From Octopus sinensis (taxonomy: Eukaryota): DNA of 64,000 nucleotides. The stretch spans positions 55,986,001-56,050,000 of the forward strand of contig NC_043000.1 of the NCBI RefSeq assembly GCF_006345805.1, in the 5' to 3' direction. Of this stretch, positions 25,196 through 38,005 are shown in pieces (the stretch's first letter is position 1; every line of letters begins with the position of its first letter). The notes beneath the pieces were generated by a model that saw only the letters and a list, made by a program, of their open reading frames with translations, had not been told where the DNA came from and searched no databases. Position numbers and translations under genes: made by a program.

Positions 25196-25799
25196 AGACT
25201 CTCACCTACAAAACCCCCGCTGAGACACTCGCCTACAAAGTCAAGTAGTTCAGAAACAAGCAAAAGCAACGTCACCGGTATTGCATTTAGGAAGGTGTTA
25301 TTTCGGAATTTCTTTCGCCTGAAGAGATGCCTAAACAAAGACTAGGGTTTCCTCATACCCACCTCTTTTGATGTCTGTTGACTCTTCTGAGTTTATTCGT
25401 CCTTTGACAGGTTTTGTTTTTCATACTGCAGGATAGCCAACGAAATTACCTACCCACACATTACGAAGATAGACTTGGTAGGTTTGCCGGTTTAATCGCC
25501 GACGCTGTGACCATACGATAGACTGTAGTGGAATAAATGTTACCAGTGGTACTAAGAGTGACCTGACATAACACATACATAAACTAAGGAATATCTAACC
25601 GGAAGGAATGTTTAAGACATACTTTATTTCACTGTTCATTTTAACATGTCAGGAGCAAGTCAGTTGTGGGGATCACATCTCTCTCCGGATTTTTGTCCTT
25701 TTTATTATTTAGCGCTAAATAAAATCTGATTGAGTAGTTAAATGATCAAATGTCATTATCTATTTATTTTGTACAATAGGAACTCCATTGTTCAACATA

Positions 25800-26018
25800 C
25801 ACTCTTTTACTCTTTTACTTGTTTCAGTCATTTGACTGCGGCCATGCTGGAGCACCGCCTTTAGTCGAGCAAATCGACCCCAGGACTTATTCTTCGTAAG
25901 CCTAGTACTTATTCTATCGGTTCTCTTGCCGAAACGCTAAGTTACGGAGACGTAAACACACCAGCATCGGTTGTCAAGCGATGTTGGTGTGGGGACAAAC
26001 ACAGACACACAAATATAT

Positions 26019-26076
<58 letters not shown>

Positions 26077-26216
26077 GTTTCCGTCTACCAAATCCACTCA
26101 CAAGGCTTTGGTCGGCCCGAGGCTATAGTAGAAGAGACCTGCCCAAGGTGCCACGCAGTGGGACTGAACCCGGAACCATGTGGTTCGTAAGCAAGCTACT
26201 TACCACACAGCCACTC
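25800..26216 (-). mobile_element. tRNA-derived SINE S1
   Basis: High identity to other S1 copies; small internal deletion after the microsatellite. Confidence 0.93.
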
Positions 26217-26537
26217 TGGACATTTCATTTTTTTAAGACAGTCCAGTGCATTTTCAGAGAAATTTTGCCGTAATTTCTTGCCAGTTAAACGACTTCGTAG
26301 ATAACCCCACGTTGACTTGTCCAATTCCTTGTTGTGCAGAAGGAAATTGCGGAGTGGGTCAAGTGAACTGACTGAACCATGTAAAGTCCCAGAATATGAG
26401 ATAGCTTGTTAAAGGATGCGCAAGATATGTTTTAGGTATAAACGGAAGAGATAAAAACTACATGCACAAATATACAATATCGTTATTCTCGTCCAAACAT
26501 TCATTTCATGAAACAGTGTCAGTAATAATTTGTTACA

Positions 26538-26973
26538 AGGCGTAGGCATCACAGCCGTGTGATTACGAAGTTTGATTTGCAGTCATGTGACCTTGAGTTC
26601 AATCTTTTGCATGTCATCTTGGGTAAACGCCTTCTAACGTATCCTCTGAGTGACCAACATTTGAAAATATGGTAAACGAACTGCGCAGGATCCTGTCGTG
26701 CGTGCGTGTGTGTATGTGTGTGTGTTTGTGAATGTTTCTGTGCGTGTGTTTGCGTGTGTGTGTGTGTGTTTCTGAGTTTGTGTTTACGATTACAGGTGTA
26801 GAACAGTGTAATGTTACTTTATATCAAAGCGTAACGTAGAGATTTGAAAAACTAAGATCGACAACATAAGTAGTTTAGTGAAATGAATACTGCGCTTAAT
26901 ATCATGAGTAAAATCCCTTAAAAGCATGCTGCAACATGGCTACAGCCCAATAACTGAAATCAAGAAAAGAAAA
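26538..26973 (+). mobile_element. Old SINE S1-related copy
   Basis: Degenerate head AGGCGTAGGC...GAGTTCAATC, internal GT tract, tail CATGGCTACAGCCCAATAACTGAAATCAAG. Confidence 0.6.
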
Positions 26974-27269
26974 CCGTTCATAAAGGAGAAATAGTTAGAT
27001 GGCTAAAAAATGTAATTACTTGCACACGTGTCCTAAATTGGAATCTGAGGTAATTTTTGCTCTCTTCCTGGGTGTAGCATTTTATTCAACGTTCCTCTAG
27101 CACCCCTGACTGTCCGGATTAGCTACCAGGTCATCTGGGAACGTGACATATGATAGACTACAGTCCTAACTAGAAGATGTCACTCTTACTTGATTATCAT
27201 GAAACCAGTACGAAGCACTGGCATCAAGGTAACTTTGCTTTACACAGTTTTCTTGGTATTTTCGATAAC

Positions 27270-27760
27270 CACGGTTGTTCTTAGCCGTTATCTATCCACT
27301 ACTTCATGAAGCCCTTAACTTCTATTACCCACCTTTTTGCTCTCCCACTCCACTTGATGTTGCCTATTGATGATGGTGCACAAATCTTTCATTTCATTAC
27401 ACCATTTCTATCGTAGTCTTCAGTGTTTTCTCTTTCCCGTTCTTAATTATCATTTGGTGATGGCTTTTGGCCAACGGTGGCCTGGCTTTTCGCTACTGTG
27501 TCCTTCTCTCCACATCTGTTTTATCTTTTTTACAGTTGTAATAATACCGTCTACTTTCACCTGTTCTCTTACCGATTTATTTCTCTTTCGCTCCTTATAT
27601 GTTCATGTCAAGCTGGGCATTGATATTGATAATTTCGTTTTTGTGTTGACACGCTGCCAGTTTTCTCTCTATTTCTGTTGTTAGAGACCATATTTGTAAT
27701 CTATAAACGACAGTGTGTGTTGTACATTGGTTTAGTATTTTTCTTCTGAGGTAGGCCAGG
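27270..27760 (-). pseudogene. RTE-clade LINE 3' fragment
   Basis: Minus traces WSLTTEIERKLAACQH, KRNKSVREQVKVDGII, GH..HRWPKAITK*..RTGKR, KWCNEM, WIDNG*. Confidence 0.7.
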
Positions 27761-28753
27761 AGGGTTTCCTTTCATTATACCGCTGATAACGCAGTTTAAA
27801 CGTGATAGGTACCACAAGTAAAAACTTACTGACCGAAAATGAGCAAAAGAAAACCAAAATTCGTGATAATAAAGAAGTAACACCAACAGCGGTTATTGTG
27901 GAGACCAAGAGAAAGAAATAAACAGGAGATTAATGTAAATATTATATCCATGTTATACCTATAATAACATGCCTATGGTATAATGATTTCACACAAAGGC
28001 ACGGGCTTTGAGAGAATGAAAAGTCGATAATATACACACCAGTACAAAACTGAAACTTATTTTATCGATCCTGAAAGATGAAAGACAAAAATCGACCTTA
28101 GTGGGCTTTGATCTTAAAATGCAATGAGACAGAATAATATAAAACAGTACAAGGCGTTTTATCTGATGCTTTACTGATTCTGTTACTTTACCACTGTTGA
28201 TGCCAGTCTTAAACTAATGCAAATGATATAATACTGCTCAACCTTGCTAGAACTCACAAAAATTTCAGACAATTTCGACTCGAATTAACCATCTTTATAG
28301 CTACATGTGACATAAATGTATCATTTTAACAATAATCTGTTGTCGGTTTTTGTGTATGTGTGACAGCGGAAGGTGGTGTACAAACAGTCGTTAGAGCGAG
28401 TTGTGCGTTACCTTCTAGATCTATGAGTATTTATCTCAACGCTTGCAATGAAACAGCTTCCAAGTTATATTAGCCTTTCTTTATCCTATACTGGTGGCAT
28501 AAAGAGAGGTGGAATTTTTATACATGGTATTCCATAAAAATTCCTTCTTAGAGAAGGACATTTCAGGTCCAGATCCATATTTTCAGAAGTGTGTGTGTAA
28601 TTTGTATACATATATGTGTGTGTGTGTGTGTATGTACGTATGTATGTATGTAAATATGTATGAATGAATGTGCAACTAGAGCAACTACGTTCGTAGTGAT
28701 GATAATGACGACGAGGAAGATGTGAGTGGTGGTGACGACAACCTAAATGAGTG

Positions 28754-28863
<110 letters not shown>

Positions 28864-29174
28864 TCTTGTTTTCTTCTTCCAATCAAGACTCACGCCATTA
28901 GCCACAAAGAATAATCTCTAATTCGAGCCTACTCTAAGCTACTAAGAATGCGTGCGGCAACTTGAAGATCCATCCACCACTCGCTATAGACTGGCGGTTG
29001 CGCAGGTGCGAAAGTTACATTGTTATCCTCATTCTGTAAATGGTGGCTTTTAACGGATGGAGAGCTGAACCATCCTGGGGTACAGAGGATTCGCAATCTA
29101 GACTAGGGTCTGAAAGTTTACCACACCATTGTGGGTTATACCATGGTTCTTCTGCTTTGTGGCAGAAGTAGGAA

Positions 29175-29303
29175 GAAAGAGTGAGAGAAAGTTGTGGTGA
29201 AAGAGTAAAGCTGGGTTCACCACCCCTCCCTGCCGGAGCTTCGTGGAGCTTAGGTGTTTTTGCTCAATAAACACTCACAGTGCCCTAACCACTGCGCCTC
29301 CAC
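29175..29303 (-). mobile_element. SINE S4 fragment
   Basis: Reverse-complement match to 11949-12095. Confidence 0.8.
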
Positions 29304-30600
29304 TGCTGTTGTTGCTGTAGCAATAGTTAGCTATTTACATTATGCAAGTTATTTGTTCTCGTTATAATGTAATATTTCTGACGAGGCCAGTCAGTATCTT
29401 TACTCTACCACGAGAAAAGGTGTCGGATTGGCTGAATAGGTTACAGTGTTTTTGGAAAAAATAACGCACTATATTCTGTATTTAACTGCCACCTTTTAAC
29501 CTTATGAGTTCAAATCCAGCCAAGGTGAACTTCACTTGTCTCCTTTCCGGACTTAATAAAATAAAGTTGTAATTCAATACCGGAGTCAATTAATATTTCT
29601 ATAATGCATCCTAGATACTGAATGGTATTATAATAGAAGCAAATTAATCTAATATACTAGAAGTATATTAATCTACTATAACAGTTGTCTATATGAAGAA
29701 AATCTGCGTGTGGCTTCTTGTCATAATGATGGCGGTTGCACTCAAGAATATTGGATGAACAGACCTTTCCAGTAGTTAGCTAATGTTTATGAGAGAAATG
29801 TGATGTGCTATGAAAATTTCAACTTATGTCAAAAGCAGCAGTGGAATTTAGAGAAGAGATAACTGAAGGAAATAATGGAATAAAAATGAAGCATATGCTA
29901 ATGAGAATCAGATATTTTTGTTTTTGTTTTTCCTTTGTGTGTGCGTGTGTGTGTGTGTGAATTGTTCTTTAGGCATAAAAGATTATTTTGAAATGTTCGC
30001 AGTTTAGTTTGAAGAAGAAGAATAAAGGAATACTTACTTGGAGAATAAATCGCATGCTTCGACAAAACAAACAAATATTTAAAATGCGAGAAAAAAATAT
30101 TTCAAATATTTTTATAGTAAAAAAAAAACAAGCACAGTAACAACAGAATTTTAAACAAAGAGAGATAAATAAAAGATATGTAAAAATATATAAACAAAAG
30201 GGAAAAAAATTCAGCAACATTATTTCAGATTTATAAAATAAAAACTGTTCAGATTTAATAAAAGACAATAGCAGGAAAAATATAATATATGATATACATC
30301 AAAAGAGAAAAATACGTCTGAAGGGCATATGGAGTAAATTCATTGGAAAAGCAACTACAGATCGGGAGAAAAAGAGTTGAAGTCATATACATAAAGATAC
30401 ATACACATATATGCACAAATAAATATTTATGAATATGTATATATACGCACATATGTGTGTGTGTATGCATATATATATATATAATATATATATATAATAT
30501 ATATATATATATGTATTCAAATGCATGCATATATTTTACATACATTCACATATTTTACATACATTCACATATACATACGTATTTAAGTATTTAAATGTGT

Positions 30601-30627
<27 letters not shown>

Positions 30628-30631
<4 letters not shown>

Positions 30632-32500
30632 CAGAATTTCCCGGCGTTGCTCGGATATCAAAAAGAAGTATTTGTTTATTAAATGACTATAATTTATAGC
30701 GAGTTTTATATAGTTCTTTAGTTGATAGTTATATTTGTTTATACATTTGTTGCAATGCAGATGCATATCTCCAGTTGAATATTGCCAAGTTTCTGTGAAA
30801 TCTTTGAAACTGTGTTTATTGATATTTAATTCTGTGGCCTAAGAAAATACTAACTTCATATTTTTCTTGCAATTATAAACTGATATATATAATGCATAAA
30901 GTAGAAGCAATTTTTACTTCTTATATAAATGTGGTTCATTGAACGATAACTTTTGTGCTAAACATTTCTTGTTTTACGGTTTGGTGTTGTGATGAAAAAA
31001 TATTTCTTTGGCCTAATACGTGAGCATACAACATGGAGCTGATTAAGAGAGAAATATGATGTTGTGAGTCCAACTCCGACAACCTTTAGTGGTTGTCCTT
31101 GAGACATTGATAACAACAGGTAAAAAAAAACAGTATCAATGAAAACTGAACGCGCCTGAATTGTAATGACATAGCTCATGAGGTAATGTGAATGCGTGGA
31201 ATATCTTCTTTGACGCAACCATTCATATTAGCAAATTCGACCACCTGAGACATAAAGATTTTAATAGAAAATCTTGTATCACTACAGAGATTTGGGACAT
31301 CAAAATATAACAATGCGTGCATCTACTTTCACTTGCAGAAGATTAGGTCTGACTGCAGTGGACTGAAGAGAAATAAGGAACTTTGTTGGGTGATTAGCAG
31401 CATCGTTAACATCGACTACCATGTGAATTGAGTTGTATCATCCGGACTGAGCTAGATATTTGTTGAATGTTTATGACATTAATATCCTGTACAAAGTCAT
31501 TTTTACTCTCCAGGACGACAAATTCATAAATCCTCAGAGATCTTAAAAGGTACGATTGAAAGCCTCAAATGCATGTCTGTGAGGTACTGTGTGCTCATTT
31601 CATACTTTCAGATCATTTGTCCATATTGCTTAAAGTGGCATAGTCGCATTAAGGACTGTGTGCAAGGCAAAGTTCAGCAGCAGCTTAAAATCAGAGTGAA
31701 CATTCCTACCACCTACGAGAAAAATCTTAGCAATTTCAGATGAGATCACTGCAATTGCACAAAATTAGATAGACAAAAATATTTTGCCTGTTTGTTGTAT
31801 CTGTCTTTGTACGGCCGTTGACGCTCTGACAGATATTGTTGTATTCCGAAGTCGTTGATAGAATGTTTCTATCTGGCACTGTACGACTCCCAGTCGTACA
31901 GTGTTATTATCCTCAAAAGGTTGGATCGTTATAACGTCCGCTTAGTATCACAGTATAGTTACAATATCAGCACAGACATGACTATCAATACAATCTACAC
32001 GCACTCTCTCGATACCGGCCAACGTCACCTTATTTATAGTGACTCCACATTCCACTCGTCACGTAGGAGGGATGTACAGTTATTACTAATTTCTTACAAC
32101 ACTGTTCTACTACAAGCATCAACAAAAATTATTCTTGTTGAGTCAGCTATCACCAATTGTTTGATTCTTGTATATGTTTCGTTTTTTTCTATTTCTGCTC
32201 CAGTTCTTGAATGTCATAACTGACTGCTTGAAAATATCTTGACTACATGCTACAGTAACAGTTTATGCTGGCAGACAATACATTTCCTTTTTTGGCCGGG
32301 TGGGATCAGGTCTTGATTGTACTTTGCATAGATTAACTGCAAATGCGGATATTTTAGCCCTCAGTCTGCATGACACTATATTATCATTTTCATCAACATA
32401 TATATATAGATATATAATTATAGCCCCCATAATTTGAAACAAGTTTGAGAAGCACCAATTCACGAGACTCTCGGCCATTGAGACACTCCATGACTTCTGC
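30628..32500 (-). pseudogene. Decayed Helitron: PIF1-type helicase region plus 3' terminus (Rep traces beyond ~31850 are weak)
   Basis: Minus: QTGKIFL (Walker A), AVISSEIA..GGRNVHSDFKL, NEHTVPHRHAFEAFNRTF*DL, YNSI..NHPTKFLISL..VKVDARI, PNLCSDTR, SMSQGQPLKVVG..NQLHVVCSR..KTRNV. Terminus CCGAGCAACGCCGGG...GTTAG at 30628-30654. Confidence 0.85.
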
Positions 32501-32606
32501 TGATTAATAATAACAAATATTGATTTCTATTTTCCTGTTTCTATCGCCGAACCTATATGTATATATATATGCATACATACATAAATATTATATATATACG
32601 TGCATA

Positions 32607-32709
<103 letters not shown>

Positions 32710-32737
32710 ATATATATATATATTATATATATATATA

Positions 32738-32787
<50 letters not shown>

Positions 32788-33069
32788 CATTAAGATTCAG
32801 TTGAATTAAGTACTTATATTGAAGCACTTGTTAGGCCTGAGTATCACGCAAACTCAACAATATTAAGTAGATATCAAACTTAGTGCATAAGTGCCGGCCA
32901 CATGATATTCTTGTAGTGTATGCAGATAATAAGACCTAGTTACGCGAAGAAATCTGTTCTTAGCTATTCAGATGTGTAGTTTATATTAAAAATACTATCT
33001 ATAATATTTATGAAGCGTAGATTCAATGATAGGTGAATAGAATATGAGTAACAAAGAGGTGCAGATGTC

Positions 33070-33158
33070 AATCCATTACGGCCGTTTCCAACGACTTCTT
33101 TAATTGATTAATGAGAACATTATATCATTGTAAAGAAACCGTTTTCGTCAGATGAATT
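33070..33158 (-). ncRNA. Type I hammerhead ribozyme, family E (long stem II, loop-less palindromic stem III)
   Basis: AATTCAT-CTGACGA-(A)AACGGTTTCTTTA..TAAAGAAGTCGTT(G)-GAAA-CGG/CCG-TA-ATGGATT. Confidence 0.8.
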
Positions 33159-35084
33159 CATGATCTTCAAACATAAAGGGCAGTTCGACTTATTCAACAT
33201 AGTTAACAAAAATCACGGAGTAAAGATATTTACATTGACCCTGCTACGATCCAGTTGGAAGAATGAAGTTATCAAAATAGTGTATATTTGGTTAGAACAC
33301 AGAAGAATTTAGGAGTTATTAGGTCTTAGGATATCATGTGTTCATTGTATTACCCGTACCTTTAAATACTTTAGAAGCAGTAAATAATAATACTTCCTAC
33401 TGTCTCTTTGATGACCCAAGTTACTCACCGTGCGCTTCATTCATAGCTTACTCTCTGTAATATTATAACCTGTTTAGTAATGTGTTCTATTGACCCTTAA
33501 CACCGTTGATCCTTTATGTATAGCTATCTTCTTTATATATCTAACCATGATGTCTGGATAACTTGTTCTCCATCCAATTCGTTTATACCTTACACACTAT
33601 AACTCCTATGTCTTAATAGTTATCCCCCATATAGTTTTTCTATTACCTTTACATAGTATACTGAGTTTATAACTCCATGGATTAAACATTGAAATACTAT
33701 ACAGCAATTAATATAACCTCCCTCCCCCTAGAACTAGCACTACTTCATTAATTTATTATTAATTCTTAATTTGATTTTTGTTTTCTTTCCTAATTTTATC
33801 TCTCCTCCTTTATAGTTTATTATTTGTATCATTATAACCCATCATAAATTTTGACACTCTTTAAATACCATATTTTAAAATATTCTTTTTAACATATTCG
33901 CATTCACATTGCTGGTTATCATTAATAATACTTATGTAACCAACTAGATTTAGTATTCCTTAAGTAAATCATACTTATGTCACTCTCCCGCAATTTGACC
34001 ATATATAACCTTTAGGTTGAAATGATTATTCTATAACTTTACTCCTAGGAAATAATTATTTATAATTTTAAATGTAACCCAGAAAATTTACACCCTATTA
34101 TTACAATATGTATCTAGACATTTCCTAAATCAACTCCTTTCATATATGGTTGATATAAGATATGTTTTTATCTTTAATACTCGCGGGTTTTTTTCTTTGA
34201 ATTTCACACTTCCCCTAAGTATAAAATATATCCTCTAAGGTCCATTATGATTTTAGCTTTATACATCTTTAAAATATATCTTACAAACATTTGTTAAACC
34301 GTTTTTCAATTTTAGCTTTATTTGTATTAAATTTTGGTATATTTATCTTTTATCTCTATCTCTTTATTTAAAATAACATTTCTTATAATTCTTTTTCTTT
34401 ATATATATACCATTGTAATTTTTATATATTTCTTTATATTTTTTATAATTTTAAATATTTTCTATATTTTTCTTATATTTTTGCATTCTTTTATATTTTA
34501 TTTCTATACTTTTTATATTATTATATATTTTATTTTCTTTATATTTTTATATATTCTTTTGCATATTTTTTATGTATCCTTTTTATATTTCTTTAAAGAC
34601 TATATACTTTTTACTGTTTATATTTTACATACTTCATCGTATATTTTATCTTTATATCCTTATATTTTAAATACATTATATTCCTTATTAGCTTGTGGGC
34701 CTAAATTCTAAATTTCTATATCTAATACTCTCCTTTATATATTTTTTAAATAATTTGTTTCTTCGCTTTCTTCTAATAATTCTAAATATAATTTATTTCT
34801 AACCTATATATCTAATTTCTAAATTTATCTTAATGCTATAACATTATAACTATGCTAAATTACAATAGTCCTCAGTCCTTTTTTTCTATTTTATTTTGAA
34901 ACTTTATTCCATTATTTTTCAAAACCTTTAAAACAGTAATGAATATAAATTCAGCTTCTTTCTTCTTCTCTGTTGTGTGGACGCTCCCAGACGATGAAGT
35001 AGGCTAGCCCAATACGTAGATATAGAGAGAGAAGCCTAGATGTCAAGAGCAGAGTTGAGTTGAGTAGTAGAGGCATCCGAACGT

Positions 35085-35206
35085 GCAATACAACAGTGGC
35101 GACGAGGATGAGATGCACACAGAGCCACTGTGTAGTATTGCGATATAACAGTGGCGACGAGGATTTCGTAGTTCACACAGCCACTGTGTAGTATTGCGAT
35201 ATAACA
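35085..35206. repeat. Tandem ~55-bp repeat (x2), each unit a hairpin
   Basis: ACAGTGGC/GCCACTGT at 35093/35124 and 35148/35180. Confidence 0.85.
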
Positions 35207-35616
35207 TTCTCATCCCCTCCCTATCACTCACTCCCTTATTACTACCCTACGCCTTGCCCATTTGCGAAAATTAAACCGACATATAGTACCATCACTTAAT
35301 AACTTAGTCGGCTGATCTGACATTAGTTGCTTCTCTCACCACTGACCAGCGGACATAAGCATCTTCCTTAAGATAGAAATCTAGACGATTGGAGCCGATC
35401 CTTCCTCTATTGTTGGAAGTTCAGATAACTTGGTCATTTGTGTCAATTATCTCCTCTTCCAACTAAAAACTCTAATAACCCCTAAATTCTTTTTTGTTCT
35501 GACAAAATATATTCTATTCTGATAAGTTCATTCTGCCAACAAAATTGTAGCATTACTCCATGAATTTGTTAAATGTGTTCAGTACGTCGATCTGTCCTTT
35601 ATGTCTGAAGATCATG

Positions 35617-35704
35617 AATTCATCTGACAAAAGCGTTTCTTTACAATGATGTAATGTTCTCATTATTCAATTAAAGGAGACGTTGGAAACGGCCGTAATG
35701 GATT
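35617..35704 (+). ncRNA. Hammerhead motif family E, core mutated (CTGACAA)
   Basis: Same stems as the 33070 copy; G8 replaced by A. Confidence 0.6.
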
Positions 35705-36353
35705 GACATCTGTACCTCTTTGTTACTCATATTATCTATATATATTAATCATTCTCATGCGCACTCTATAGATCTTTTTACTCTTTCGTTTTTCTCTCTC
35801 TCTCTTATTCTTTTACCTCCTCTTCTCTCACTAGTCTCGCCTATTACTCTGTTGCTCTCTCTTCCTCACTCCTCCTCCCTTGCTCACGTGGCTCCCACGT
35901 GACTATCGGCCATCTTTCTTTCTTCGCCCAACTTGTATTTCTTTCTTTCTCTCGGTTGTAGCTGGAACAAGGAAGACGTGTTCTTGTCTGTCTCCTGTCC
36001 AAGCTTCGTTTACGCGTTCGCCACCACAACCTCGTTTAGGCTTAGTAGCCCTTCCTGTTTGTTTTCACTGTCCCGTTTGTGTTACTAATTTTGATCCTCC
36101 GCAAAACCCCAAATTTTATTTAATTTACTTTGCGGGAATAACTGTTTCATCGAAAGCGTATACTGTTGTTAAATGCTCGAAATAAGAGAGTAGAAAACAA
36201 GCATCAACTGATGAAGGGTCGTTATTTATGTTGTTTGTCTTGTTTTCCATTGTGTCTTTCGTTGTCCGAAAAACTAGTTCATATTCCATGTACTCGTACT
36301 TCGTAGTTTTGTTGTACACATTTCGTGACGTCCTGTGCCCACATATGTGTGTG

Positions 36354-36405
<52 letters not shown>

Positions 36406-36457
36406 CGTATAGATGTAAGTATACACATATACATATGTAAACATGCATATATATATA

Positions 36458-36492
<35 letters not shown>

Positions 36493-36944
36493 GCATGTAT
36501 ATGTAAAAACCTATATATATGCAAGGATATGTGCATGCATATGAATGCATATATACTTTATCACAGCATCTAGTTTTTATGTTAGAAAGCATTTTAATAT
36601 CATTTGTCCTTTCGAAATTCTGTTGGAACACACCATTTTGCCACACAATAGACACAACCGCAACAATAGCAACAACAATAACGACCACAACTACTACTAC
36701 TAATACTAATATTGGGGCTTCTTTATAAATCTACTTTATATCGCTTTCATATTTATATTCTCTACATACAAAATATAAAAATCTTTAGAATATTTTGTTT
36801 CGTTCATAAATACCTAGAGGCCTCCAGTATACTCAGACACACCAATTTTAAATTTTTCATGCAATTTCACTCTCACAGTAGACTTACATTATTTTTACCA
36901 CGTTGTATATACTCGTACACTTTTTCTTATCACTCCTCTTTCTC

Positions 36945-36985
<41 letters not shown>

Positions 36986-37560
36986 CCGCTATATATATAT
37001 ATATATAATGTTACGTACAGACACAGGTTAACATGAGCATGCACTGACAAGCACACCCATATATATATGTATGTATATATAGATGTACATATATGCATGT
37101 GTGTGTCTGTCTGTGTGAGCGTGCATGTGTGTGTGTGTATATATATATATAGATGTGTGCATGTAAGTATGCACTTATATATATATATTATGTGTATATT
37201 CATGCATACACATACGCATATACAGGTATGTGTATACGTGTGTGTACGTGTGGTGTGTGTGTGCGTGCGTGTGTTATTTACATTTCCAAATAGCGTAAAC
37301 CTTGAACTATCAAAAGGATTCTAAGCAGACTAGCAGCCGAGTGATTGATAAAGTATTTTTTTTACAGAAGTAATTCAATGCTACAAATATATATTTGTTT
37401 ATAACCTAATAGGGGGTCCCCAAGCTTGATGACCTCCATTAGTAGGGAAGCAAATACAGTTTTGTAGGATCCAATCAGTTTTTTTAAACACATCATACAT
37501 GGATATTATATACACACACACACATATATATATATATATATTATATATATATATATATAT

Positions 37561-37636
<76 letters not shown>

Positions 37637-37953
37637 TGTGTGTGTGTGTATTTATATGTATCCATGAAGAGAAACGAGAATGGTGATACAGTTAGATCGA
37701 TATATAAATAGATATGTAGTCACACATACATATAGATATGTGTGAATGTTTGCATGTTTTTATGCATGTATGTACGTACGTACGTATGTATGTACGTACA
37801 TACGTATGTATGTATGTATGTATGTATGTATGTATGTATGTATGTATGTGCTATATACAGAAGGAAGAAAACACTCCTGTTAACTCTACACTCGTACACA
37901 TTTATGAATACACATTGTATTCTGCCTCTGTTTTTGTCTCACATTTTCTTTCT

Positions 37954-38005
<52 letters not shown>

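Larger units (their letters stand above)
33037..35738 (-). mobile_element. Decayed Penelope-like retroelement bounded by ~290-bp inverted pseudo-LTRs with hammerheads (family E)
   Basis: 33037-33325 and 35470-35738 are inverted copies, each with an HHR. Body is A-rich on the minus strand with weak RT traces (xLD[D]I near 34110, FLGVK near 34040). Confidence 0.7.

Noticed and set aside
29371-29450. CTGACGA followed by a long stem (GCCAGTC/GATTGGC) and GAAT
   Set aside because: GAAA is mutated and no credible stem III, NUH site or stem I could be built; at most a relic.
35085-35206. Repeat-spacer-repeat pattern as a CRISPR array
   Set aside because: Only two units, eukaryotic context, no cas genes; variable parts are related to each other.
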